From: Raillietiella orientalis
Lineage: Eukaryota
NCBI GenBank assembly: GCA_036172245.1
Contig: JAYWIR010000019.1
Location: 2,666,001 to 2,730,000, forward strand
Length of the DNA: 64,000 nt
Direction: 5' to 3'
In this document: piece by piece, positions 13,950-26,000 of the stretch
Numbering within the stretch: position 1 is the first letter of the stretch
Layout: each line of letters begins with the position of its first letter
Notes under the pieces: generated by a model
Told to the model about the DNA's origin: nothing
Database searches by the model: none
The model's input: the letters and a program-made list of their open reading frames with translations, nothing else
Position numbers and translations under genes: made by a program

Positions 13950-15008
13950 TGGGGGGGTTCGGGAAGAAATCACCGAGTACTGGAGGGTGTCCTCTGCATC
14001 CTTGTAAGGATGCCGGCGAGTCCCTGTTTCACGACTCCCAGCTGGGGTCATTTTGACGCTATCCTAATGAAGAGGACATCTCAAAATAGATGGCGTCCCT
14101 GTCGTCTTGGCCTCTGGGGTTGTTCCATGTAGTCACGGTCCCGCAGCTCAGGCAGCAAAGTGCTGCAAGGGATGAGGCCGGCGTGAGGACGTCACCCTGC
14201 ACGAGGAGCTTCAAAATGCTTCTAGCTTTGCCGCCGGGGGTTCCAAGGATCACAGCAAAGCGTCCCCAAAGGAGCTGGAGGGCAAAACAGTCCACTAGGT
14301 CCATTCTTAGTGCAAGAGGGAGGAATTCCCGCTCCCCGCGCCTTGAACACTTTGAGTCCACATATACCCCTTGTCCAATGAAGCCGGCGGGCATTGCACG
14401 GGAGATTCAGTGCAGCAGCATCAGCCTCTTACCACTTTGAGGGGAGGGTGCGGGTGTTCATGAGCACCAAGGGTGGCACTGGTGGAAACCGAATGCTCCT
14501 GGATGCCCCCGTTGGCCTGGCCAAGATCGGAAGTCAGCCCACCGGGGCACTTCCAGGAATGAAGGAGCCCTTTGGGGTTCCCGTCCGGATGTGAAACTGG
14601 AGTCATACCATGCAGCTGCTGGTTGATACCCCCTTCGGGGGGTTGCCTCTCCAGAGTGTAAGAAGCACGCCGCTCCCTTCGGGAGAACGCCCTTTAGAGA
14701 AAATTGGGAAGCGTCTCTTCGGCGTTCTCTTCAGAGAGGAAACAAGGAGCGGTTTCCTTGCGGGTTCCCTTCGTAGAAGAAACGAGGAGTCGCCTCATCC
14801 GGGGAACTCCTCTGGAGAGAATAAGGAAGAAGGAGATCCCTTCGGGGTTCCCTTGGGAGACAACCAGGGCGAGGGTTCCCTTCGCGGCTCCCATACCAAG
14901 CGTAAGAGGAACAGACTCCTTCCCCCGGAGCCTTCCTGAATTCATAGAGAGGTCCCTCCGGGGTCATCCCCTAACTTGAAGAGTTACACACACACCCTGG
15001 GATGGTGT
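13950..15008 (-). mobile_element. Interspersed repeat copy 1: probable non-LTR element 5'UTR plus ORF1
   Basis: Clear nucleotide similarity (reverse complement) to 34601-35700 and 45669-46400, e.g. TGTAACTCT...GGGACC...CAGGAAGG...GTTCCTCTTACGC...GGAACCCTC. ORF1-like 'KRLMLLH.ISRAMP' and a CxxC motif. Confidence 0.6.
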
Positions 15009-15021
15009 GCGCAGTCTTTAA

Positions 15022-15870
15022 CCCTTTGACTGCTATGAACGCCTATGCGTCCGACGAAAACTATCAGCGTACGTTACGTGTGTTCGGCGAAAATGATCTG
15101 CGTGGACTATGGACTCACATATGCATTTGGCAAATGCTTTTACCTTATATGAAGGAGGCACTATCCATGTTTGAGATGGACGCATACGCTTACGTTCTTG
15201 TAATTACCTTAGCAACGACGGTAAACAAAACTCTATTTATATCGGCTGACGATTCTCGGTTTTCCGGAGAGTTTCTTTCGCCGATGCGATTTCTGCAGCA
15301 GGATGGCATAATATTATAGTTGTGTCGCAGATAATCTATTATTTTTTCATCCTTGTGATACCTTGAAGATGTCGAATAATTTTGAAGAAATTATTACAAG
15401 GAACGACAGCGAAATAGATGAAGAGTCGGATTCGAATGAAAAATATGACGATGAAATTGAGAGAATGTACCGATGCTTTCCGTCGTCATCTGATCCTGAA
15501 GATATGAAAAGCGTTATCGGTAGAATACAGAGAATAGCCAAATACAGAAACATAAAGAAAAAAACGGCTTAGGGTACTGAGTTCATCTACGGAAGAAGGG
15601 TACTTCAGGCTCAGTTCCAAATATTGAAGACTTTTTACTTGCGATGAAATCTTGACAATGTTTTCGTGGTCAGAAACGAGTCTGACACCTACAACATCCA
15701 TATTTTTGACAACAGAAATTCAGGGCGAAAGCTGACTCTACAGTCCACACCCTTGGATGCTGTTCAGATTTTTTTTTCTCATATTACGAATGAGACGAAT
15801 GATTTTTGCAAACACGCAAAAGAACACACAGCATATAAAATGCATTCTCGTTTGGATGCTCGGAAAGATG
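15022..15870 (+). mobile_element. piggyBac left end with decayed transposase N-terminus
   Basis: TTAA (15018-21) followed by CCCTTTGAC; acidic N-terminus 'MSNNFEEII...SEIDEESDS'; 'TPLDAVQIFFSHITNETNDF' (~TPLxxFxLFF..IVxETNxY). No right end found. Confidence 0.7.
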
Positions 15871-16082
15871 CTTGAGCTTTGTGACCTCCCTCTCTAAGGA
15901 GGCGAACGGTTCTTCAGCACTTGGCGAACCAAAAAGAAGGAGAACCCGAAAACACACACGAAAAACAAAGCTGAAAGGGAAGCAGCAAAGCAGCAAAACT
16001 CCAAAGAATTCCCATTGTCCTAGGCCTATAGTAACCATCTCCTCGTCAGGTCACTACTGGCCTTTATATCTATATCTATATA

Positions 16083-18447
16083 CACCTAATTCTGTTTTTA
16101 CACAAATTTTATTTACACGAATTTGATTTAACACGAATTAGAAGAGAAAATTCATTCTCTTTTTACACGATTTATTTTGATTTAACACGTGTAAGAAACC
16201 AACGGCGTTTACACTCAAAGAAAATAAGCCTTTCCGGAGAGACTAATGAAAGTCGAATTAAACTTCAATACTGAACTTATTTTCTGTGCAGTTTGAGTTT
16301 GTTCGTTGTTTAAATTAAAAAGTGCCTCTGCGATATTTAATAGTAAGAAAAATTGAACAAAAGTTAAAACAAAATTCGGCACATATAAAATTATTGATTT
16401 TGCTGGAAAGAAAACAAATAGCAAGTTAACATACATTTTCAAACCTTTGTTTTATTAATTACAGCTGGAATATTTTTCTCTAGCCCTTACGCAATGTCCT
16501 CTACAACAAGGAATAAAAGGAAAGCTATTTCTTTGGGTATGAAAATTCAAATCTTAGATCGTCTTGCAGCTGGACAAGGTGCAACATCTGGAGGCAAGCA
16601 TTTTGGTGTACATGAAGCTACCGTGAGAACGATTAAGAAAAATGAAGCTGCTGTTAGGATGTCGGTATGTTCTGGAACAAAAGTGAGTGACAAGTCATCA
16701 TCATATACAAGAGATATTGTCAAAGAGAAAATGGAAAAAGCTCCAGTAATGTGAATAGAAGGAAATCCACTAAAAAGAATACCAATAGACGGAAATGCCA
16801 TTAAGCAAACAGCATTAAGAATGTATAAACAAATTAAAGAAATGGAACCAGGCACTTCATATCGGTCAAATAGAAAGTACGAATTCTTAAAACAAAACAA
16901 TCGGCTGCTAAAAAGTGTCCGCAAAAACTTGCTAAAATAATTGAAGAGGGAGCCCGTACTCCAGGTCAAGTTTGGAATATGGACGAAACTGGTCATTTTG
17001 AGGGAAAAAATGTCAAATAGAACTTAGGTAGCAGAGTCTCAGAAAAGTGCTGGTGGTTTCGAGGCAGCAAAGCATAGAGTGACCGTTCTGTTTCGTTCCA
17101 GCGCCTCAGGAGATCGTGTGTTGAAACCATTGCTGGTAAATCGATCCACAAGACCATGGTCAGTGAAAGGCGTAGGTTTCAATAAGTTGCCAGTTCATTG
17201 GATGGCAAGCAAAAAAACCTGGGTGACCACTGATATCTTTTCTGAATGGTTCCAGAGATGTTTCGTCCCAGAAGTTAGATGCTCTATGAACGGAAAAGGA
17301 CTTGGATTTAAAGTTCTTTTAATTCTGGACGATTCACCCGGCCATCTTGTCTTGGAACATCCGAACGTGCAGTTTTGCTTTCTGCCGCCTAATACTACAC
17401 CCTTGATACAACCGCCAGATCAAGGTATAATTCAACGTAAAACGAACATTCCAATACGTTTTGGATAAATTGAATGACGATGAAACACTAACGGTTATGG
17501 GTGTGTGGAAGAAATTTTCCATTATGGATTGCATCGTTCAACTTGAATTGACGTCATCTGAAATAAAATCGTCAGCCTTGAATGCATGCTGGAAAGCTAT
17601 TTGGCCAGAATGTGTTAAAAGCAGATATCCCGTCCCTTCTGATACAACCGAATTCCCCAACATCATGACTTTGGCATATACAATTGGGATTCGATGAATC
17701 ATTGGTTGATAAAGCCCTTAGGGAAGAGGGAGCAATAGGGGTTGTCCTTGAGGCTCCTGATTCTTAAGAGCATAGTGATGATGATGAAGAGGATCCCATT
17801 CTTAGTGCAAATGTAATTAAGGAAGGTCTTGAACTGGTCAGAAAATTGGATAATCATTTTGTCAGACATGGTCCAAGTGGGCTGGGAAGTTTCAACGCGC
17901 TCTGAAGTTATTAATGACTCCTTACGGAGAATTACATAAAGGCCTAGCCAAAACACGAAAACAATCATCAACAACTGAATTCGCCTCTAAAACCCCTGAA
18001 ACATCGAGACCACAGGAGAGTAGTGCTGAATTGGTTCAAGAAATCACAGAAAGAGTTTCATCAATGATGCAAGAAGACGATGGAGATAACTTCAGTGATA
18101 TTGCAATCGTACAAAAAAAAAAAAAAAAAACGTATGCGTTTATCTCCAGAAAGTGACAGAACAAAATAGACAGTGAATAAAATCTTTTTGCCTAACTTTC
18201 GTGTTTATGAACCCCTATAAAATAATGACTTTGCTGTACATTTTTACACTCATACATGCGCAGCGTTTATGAGACAAAAAGTGCAAAAAAGTTCGTAAAA
18301 ATGGTTTGTTGTATTATTTTTGATGATTTTTCGGGTCTAGAACCAATGTTTTATTATTCCATAGGCGCAATACATTTTTGTAGACGAATTATTTTTCTAC
18401 ATGCATTCTTCGGGAACGAATCTAGCGTTTAAAAACAGAATTAGGTG
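16083..18447 (+). mobile_element. Full-length but inactivated Tigger/pogo DNA transposon (2365 bp)
   Basis: Perfect 18-bp TIRs CACCTAATTCTGTTTTTA with TA target duplications (16081-82, 18448-49) and subterminal TTTACACGAATT-like repeats. Transposase 16494-~18150 has a CENP-B/psq HTH (KRKAISLGMKIQILDRL) and DDE_1 motifs (VLLILDDSPGH, FLPPNTTPLIQPPDQGII), broken by stops and frameshifts. Confidence 0.95.
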
Positions 18448-19940
18448 TATATATATATATATACAAACAAGAGGAAGGAGCTGCCCGCGTTTCTCGGGCT
18501 TCCGTCCGTGTACTTCTCGGAGCTGGAAGCCTGGGGGCATCCCAGGTCGTCCACCACTAGGAGGCGAGAGTCATCGTTGTCGATGCCAGCTGGGAGGGCG
18601 CACTCTGGGACACTCTAAGGGTGAAGGGGTGCTCCTTGTGGACTTCAGCCGCGACAGGAGCGTTTTCCAGGCTTCCATCGAGCGTGGTATCGAGAAGGGA
18701 TGATCGCATTCCAGAGGGGACAGAACTTTCGTGGAGAGAGCATGGGGTGGGCGGGCGGGTGAGTCTCCTCCTGACCACCCGACAAGCGACCATACACGCC
18801 CCCGGTATCTCTATGGAGTCCATGATCCATGCTTCCCCTTCTCCTCCTCCTCCTCCTCCTCCTCCCTCTTCCCTGGTGATCGCTAGAGGCGCCTGCTCGG
18901 AGAGATGGGAAGGAAGGCGGCACGGAGCTGAGGGATCCCAGTTGTGCGTGGGCCTCGATCCGCGCGCCCGCAGAGCTCGATGAAGACCTGCGGCGACGCC
19001 GTGAAACCGGTGGACATGAGGCAGCGAGCCCGGGAACGTGTCCGGGGGAACTTCGTACCCTGGGACGCCTCCGGAGCCATTCGATGGAAGATGCGCTGCA
19101 GTATAGGACGGAGAGACCCCGCCTGGACGCCGTCGCGCCCCTTGCCACGCCGCTGTCTGCCCTAAGGGCAAGCAACGGCAGTTACCGACCAGCGGGATGG
19201 GAGTTCTCATGCACCCTTGCAGGAGAGACCCATCGCCTAAGTATCCGACCCACGAGTGATCTGGTGGACTCCGCCACTCCTCATTTCCAGATAAAGGGAC
19301 CACGTCGCTGTCTCTGAAGCTGACTAGGGTTCGCTCACCTACGCGTGAACTCTCCGGTGTCCTTGCTACGCTGGAACAGCGAAGTGAAGGAGAAGAAAGG
19401 GTAGAGGGGATATTAGCCAGGACAGATCCGGATGTACCTGTCTGGGAAGACCCTGAGGCAATTCTGGAAAGGATCCACGGTGACCAGGCTCAGAGGAAAG
19501 GGACCGAATCCACGGACGTATCGGGAATGCAGGAACTCTGGCGGGATCATCGGGAGATGGGGTAGGACCTTCGGTCGGGATGGAGAGACCGCGAAAGCTG
19601 CCGAAAACGGAGGTGCCGACCCATCCGACATCCCTCGTCCCGCACCGTTGCCCAAGGGTAGGAGAAAGGTTTGCTTCCTCCTCTCCGGTGAGAAGAAGGG
19701 GCAGTGAAGGGGCAGCCGACCGCACCGGGACGCTCCCTTCCATTCCTGCCGCCGCTGGTCGTCAACCCTTCGCCTTCCTCTTCTTCTTCCATTGGTGGTC
19801 CGCCGTCTCCGAGTTGGGCACGCCCTCCCCGTCTCCTCCTCCTCCTCATTCCCCTTCCTCTCTGAGCGCCCTTCTTCCCTTGCCCAGAAGAGGCGGAGGG
19901 AAACTACTTGGGGAGGCGATGAAGAGGAGCCTCCGCCAGG

Positions 19941-19958
19941 TTTATTCGGCTATTTATT
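19941..19958 (-). terminator. Candidate polyadenylation signals of the SPAG17-like gene
   Basis: Two minus-strand AATAAA (TTTATT at 19941-46 and 19953-58), about 100 nt past the predicted stop, in otherwise GC-rich DNA. Confidence 0.6.
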
Positions 19959-20057
19959 ATTAGCTTCTGCGGGCAGGGAGGAGCAGACGGCCATCTTTGG
20001 GGGACGCCGTCAGCGCTGAGCAGAAGCTCCGGACCTCGCCAAAAGGTCCGTCCGCCT

Positions 20058-23000
20058 TCACGTGCCTGGCGTGGAGTCTTCCAGGCGGATGGTGGACGGA
20101 TCCATGCTGGAAAAGTCAGAGTAGGTCAGCGCGTCCGGTGTTGAGGCCGACGTGACTCACCTCACGTGGACGGGCACGTGCAGGACGCCCAGCTCCGTGT
20201 GGATCTGCAGCCCGTGATCCATAGAGTTTCCCCTTGGGACGTCAATAGACCCGCCGTCCAGCCTGACCTCGACCTTGCAGATGCATCCGGGGGGCACCTG
20301 GAAAGGAGGAGAAAAGGTGAAAAAAAAAAAAAATGACAGAGGGAGTAGCTGCCATTCCTCTTTCTTCCCTTCTCTCACAGCTGCTTCCCTCCCTCCCTCC
20401 CGCCGCCACGTCCTGGTTTCCACGGCTCCTTGGAGGAGGCGAAGATGGGAATTGTTCCATTCACCATCCACCATCCCCGCTCATTCTCACCGCAGACTGG
20501 CGGCACACCGCCTGCAGCCCCGTCCAAGTCGAGGGCGTGGACACTCGCAGGTGGACCGTTTCGTTCGTCGCGTTCTCCACGACCAGCGTGTTCACGTAGC
20601 GCCTACGTAGGTCCACGGAGAAAAAGTCGATCCTCTTCGGCCGGACCGTCAGTGGCACGCTAGGGGCGACGGGGCGCCTCTGGAAAGACAGCCGGAAGGA
20701 GGACAGCCTCCAAGCGCGGTTCGCTTTTCTCCTCCCCCCTCCTCCTTCTCCCCTGTAACCCTTCTTGCGCGCTCGCGCGAATGAGGTTGACCTTTCGGCG
20801 CCAGCGCTCCGTCGGGTCTCTTCCGAACTGGTCCGCACGGGCTCTCTCCTCGACGGAGCTGAGAGGTGCCTTTTGCAGACTCTTCGTCGCAAGAGCCTGC
20901 AAGAGGTTGTGCGTCGGGTGCCGCTGCCTTCTTGCGGGAGAGTCGCGAGCTTCCAAAGACGCCCTCCCGTGTTCCAGTGAACCAGCTGCTCGCCACGCTG
21001 CTGCCCCGTGGGCAGGGTGGTGGACTCTCCGACTCTGGCGGAACGGTTCGTAGAGGCGCTCTGCCGCCGGCGCGTCCTTCGCCCGTTTCCCGCAACACCA
21101 GCGGCAGAGGCGCCGGAGCGCGCCGCTCCTCCCGTTTGTATCCAATCGAGCTCGCGCTCAGCATCCTCCCCCGCGTCCTCCCTCGGATGTTTTCATCTCC
21201 CTCCTCCCGCAGCGCCGGCGCTGCCGCTCGCCTGCCTCGAAGTCCCGCAGCCCGATTCTTGCAGAGCCAGAGTCAGCTGGACTGAGTTGGACCTATCCGG
21301 AAAGGGAGAGGCGCGGAAAGCACAGGGTCGCTTCCGCTACCGTTCAGGAAAGTCCTATTGCCAGCAACCCTGCCGTTTTTCCGTCCGGAACTCCCTCGTC
21401 TCTAGGCGTCAACTGCAGACGCGCGCGCGCGCGTGCTCAAGGAGGAGAGAGGGAGCAGGAGGAGAGAGAGGAGGGGAAGAGGAAGGGTGGAAGAGGAATG
21501 GAGAAAGAGGAGGAATGGAAGAAGAAGAAGGGAGGGAGGAGGAGGAGGAGGGATAGGAAAAATGGAGGAGGGAGGGGGGAAGAAAAAGGAAAGGAGGAAT
21601 AAGGGAGGAGGAGGAGGAATAAGGGAAGAGAAAAAAAGGAGAAGACGAGGAAGAGAAGAGGAAAGGAGAGAGAGAGGAAAAGAGGAGAAAGAGGAAGAAA
21701 GGAGAGAGGAGGAGGAAGGGTGGAAGAGGGATGGAGGAAGAAGAACAAGGGAGGAGGAGGAGGGGAAGCGAGGAAGAAAGGGAGGAGAAAAAGGAGGACA
21801 ATCGTTCCGGCGAATCTCACTTACGAACTCTAGCCTTTTGGCGAGAGCGGGATTTGCTGCTCTGGAAAGGTCTTGTATCTTGTGCAGGAGATGCAGCATC
21901 TTGTCCTGAAGAGAAGTGTTGGGAACGTCCTTGAAAACAGAGAGAAAAGAAAAGGGTAAGGGAAGGGAAGTAGATAAAACGCGAGGGACGGGAGAAATCT
22001 TGGAATTCAAGGACCCGTTCCCGGGCGCCGGGAGAAGAAGGGACTGCCCGACGGGCGACTGATGCCACCTCTTTCCGCAGACCTCCTTTTGCCTGCGGGC
22101 GGACCTCGGCGCAGCACCAGGGTCTCCGTGGGAGTAGACCGTCGCGACTCTTTGAGACTCGGGCTGCATCCGCACGCGTCCCGCGTCAGGGGCACTCGCC
22201 TCCAGCACGTGCAGACGCCCCATGGTCCGCGGGCAGCGGTAGATCCTTCCTCTTCCCGCGCCTCAGCGGGAATGCGGGCACAAGGCCTCTCTCCCGACGG
22301 CGTGCCCTCGGGAACGCCTCCCTTTCTGCAGGGACGGACCTTCCCCGGAGGAGGAACCCGGAGCGCCTCTCTGCAGGAGGCCGGAGGTGGAAAGGAGGTG
22401 AAGGGGAAGCCGGGGAAGGTCGCACCGGCGTCCCGATCGCGTCGGCGGATTCCGGTCCCTGCCAAAGAGATCCTGGCGTTCGGTCGGCGTTCGGGTTCTC
22501 CCGGGGCGCGTCCCACGTGTCGCCCCCCGAAGCGCGAGTGTGGCTGCCTAGCGGGCGGCTGGCAGCACTGTTTTTGCTATTCTGGTCCCGATGCTACCTT
22601 CCAGGATGTCAGGGCTGTTGCGGGCGCATTCGCCGGAGAGCCTCACAGCTTGCCCAGCAGCGCTGTTCCAGGCATACTGGGATCGCAGCTTCCTGAGGCT
22701 GCCTACCGGGCGTTCGGAGCCACCACCCAGAGCACCTTAGGAACGGCGAGCCCGTCGGGGTCGCCCGAGGGCCGCTGCTCTTGGAGGGTTCCCAGGGAAG
22801 CTCTCGCCGTTGCCTTCCCGGAGTCACCCTGCGGGGGCTGGTCGACGTTGTCCGCCCTCTTCACCTTTCGTTCGTTCTCCGGCTTCTTGGGAGTGGCAGT
22901 AGGAGTTTAAGGAAGGAAAATTTTTGCAGGATCTTCTCCCCTCCTTCCCCTTTCATGTCCCAGACTGATGCCCAATACGGGTTCCACCAGCATCAAATGA

Positions 23001-26000
23001 GAGGAGAGGGAGGAGAGGAAAGGAGGAATCCGTGGCTTGCACCTACGGATTACCTCCCCACTCATGTCTGCGGCTGCGGAGGGAGCGGCCAAGTCGCCTG
23101 AGGGCTTCACGGGGTCTCTCGTTCCTGACTGTTCGCTGACCAGAGGATGAGGAGGCGGCGGAAGGGAAGTGTGGGGGGCGAGGAGGTGCTGCCCTGCGCC
23201 GATACCGCGCGAGGTGGTGCGGTGCCGGGAGGGATGGTGGGACCGACCTCCGTTCTTCCGGCGAAGCCGCTGTCGCCGCTCCGTCCCACGTTGCCGTCCT
23301 TTGCCTGCGGCAGGGGCGCCCCGGCCGGTCCCGGCTTTCCGTCGAGGAGCTTGGCCGCGACATGGGGCTCGTCGGGGGTGTGTGGGTCATCTCGAAGGTC
23401 GGCGGCCTCCTGAATGCAGACGTCTTCGGCGTCGTCGCCGTCCTCTCGTTTTTCTGGTTCCTCCTGCAAGTGGCAGCGCGGCAGCATGAAGGGCGGGCGG
23501 GCGGAGATCAGGGGAAGGGAGGAGGGAGGGAAAGGGACGTCGAGGGGGAAATCACCTCTTCGTGCGTTCCCTGCGCAGTCGGCAACTCACCGACCACCCG
23601 GCCTGAAGCGTCAGTCTCCCCTTCCGGCGTCCCAAGAACCTTCGAAAGAGAAATGGGGAATGGTGATTTGACCAGTTCCGAGAGGTAAGGAGAAGGAGGG
23701 AGGACACCCGAGGGAGACACCCTGCTTCCATCTTCCCGGAATCTGCGCTTCTGGGACGCGCGAGGATCGACTCTCCCAGGGGTTTAATCCCTTCACCCCA
23801 ACCCTCGCCGGGCGTGCGGAATCCCCCGGAGGGAGGAATCATCCCGCGGCATACCCGCCCCGTGGGACGGAAGCGGGCGAGCAGCGCTTCGTCGTCAGGG
23901 AGACCTCGGGAAGGAAGGTTCAGGCGCACTCTCCGCTGCTCACGGGAGGGAGTGGGTGGGGAAGAGGAGCGAACCGGCGGACTTCCAACCGTGTGCTTCC
24001 GTCGGGAAATGCAGATCCAAGGTCAGCAAACGGGTGACTTACAAGGAACAAGAAAAAGGAAAAGAAGGAGAAGGAAGAAGAGAAGGAAGAGAAGGAGGAG
24101 AAAGGAAGCGCAAGGGAGGAGGAGGAAAGGAAGGGGAGAAGGAGAAAAAGAAGAAACGAGTCCTCCAGGAGACACCTCACGTGATTCGTTCCGAGGAGCA
24201 GAGACGAAAAGTCACGCAAGGTGGCAGGATGTGGGTTTTCTACGCATGCAGATCGATTTCCGTGCTCACGCCTACTTCTTCACAAAAAGCCATGTGGAGA
24301 TGTGCTTATCATTGCTTTGTGGAGCCATGGGCTCATCATTCTTGGAATGATGGTGATGGCTCATTTATGATGGTGAAAGAAGCTACGTGGAAGGTTTGTC
24401 TCGGTGGCACAGGAGAACCAGAAGAGGGGGATGGGGTTTCGTCCGCTTGGGATCTGCACGGGGCCGTGCCCCTGCTTGCGATGGTGCCGCCGCGCGCCGC
24501 TGAATGCGAGGGGTCAGCCACACCACCAGAAGAGAGGAGGAAGGATGTCGGTTCTTCTTCCCATCCCTGGAGCGTTGGCTTAGCTTGGGCAAGGCCGGTT
24601 CTCCAAGCCCTCCCTCTCGACCTTGCGTGCGCCCGCAGCCCCCCGAGTAGGCACTCGATCGACGGAGATGCCGCTTCGAGCGGATCTGCTCCCGCAGCTG
24701 CTGCTTCCGAGACGCCACTCGCACCACTTCCATTGAAACTCCCAGTCCTGATGCGAACGCGCAGCAGCAGCAGCTCACCTCGTCGTCCGTTTCGTCTTCT
24801 CCGCAGGGTAAGTCCATCGCGGCGGCCATCTTCACGTTGAACTCGACCAGAACCTTCTCCATCTGGGTGCGCAACGCATCGCTCAGAGACCTCCACTTCA
24901 AGAACTGCCTTATGTGGAAGGAGGTGGGGGAGCGTTCTTGGAGGGCGGGAGGCGGAGGGAGAGGCCAACCGCCGCCGTTCTTCCCAGCGTAGATCCAGCG
25001 CGCGAGTTTCTTCACGTAGGACTGAGGGTGCAGATCGCGGCATGGCGGCCGGGGCTCCCTCGTCCTCGCCCCGGAGCTCGCCAGGAGCCCGACGCTCGTC
25101 TGGAATGCCGGGGGCCTAGGGAAAGTCCACCTCCCGTGCTCCTCCGGGTCGGAGATGGGCGTCACCACCGAGAGCCTCCGGGGAACCGACTTTGGCGACA
25201 GCGGGTCCTCCACCGCTTCGGTTCCGCGGTCGCTCTCCAGGTGGCGGCGCACCTCACGCTCCACCTCGCTCCCGTCCAGAAGCTGCACGACGCAGCGTCG
25301 GGCCGAGTTCAGCACGAGGAAACGCGGCTTGTGTACGGGGCACGCGGTCCACTCCCCTGCGTGGGTGCCTTCAAGAACTTTTTCCAGGAACGTCCTTTGG
25401 TCCTCGTCGAAGAGCGTCTGTGCGCCTGCATCCGCCACGCAGAGCGCGTCCGTCACCTGAACGATCTCATCCTTGAAGGGGGGCAGGGAGGCGTTCCGGG
25501 ACGCGCTTTCCTGGAGAATGGGAGGAAAGGGTTCTCCTCGTTTCTTTGCGCCGTTTTCCCCTTCATCCTCGTCCCCGCTTCGAAGGACAGACTCTGACAG
25601 GAAGATGTCGGACGTGCCGTCCTCGTTGATTCGGAAGGAGTTGCCTGGAAACCGCAACAACGGAAATGGTTGACAACTGGACAGCTCGCGATTTTCATTC
25701 CCTTGAATCGCACCGTCTCTCTTCCCTGAAGGGGCGAGGCTGAGAGGAGTAGGGGACGGCCGATTGATGGCAGCCCCACCAGCGACCTGAGCAGTCAAAC
25801 ACTCCTCTGGGCGCTTTTTTGATTTTGACGCTTCCCGCGGCGCAGGAAGAGAGAGACTCCTTCCCACTGCCCGTGGGCGAGACTGAGGACGGCTCACTTC
25901 CGCAAGCGGTCCGGAGTCGCTGGCGATCTATCCGGGACTGCCCTCAGCATCTTCGGCTTGAGAAAGGAAGGAGGCGGCGGATGCGCATAGGTGATCGCCC

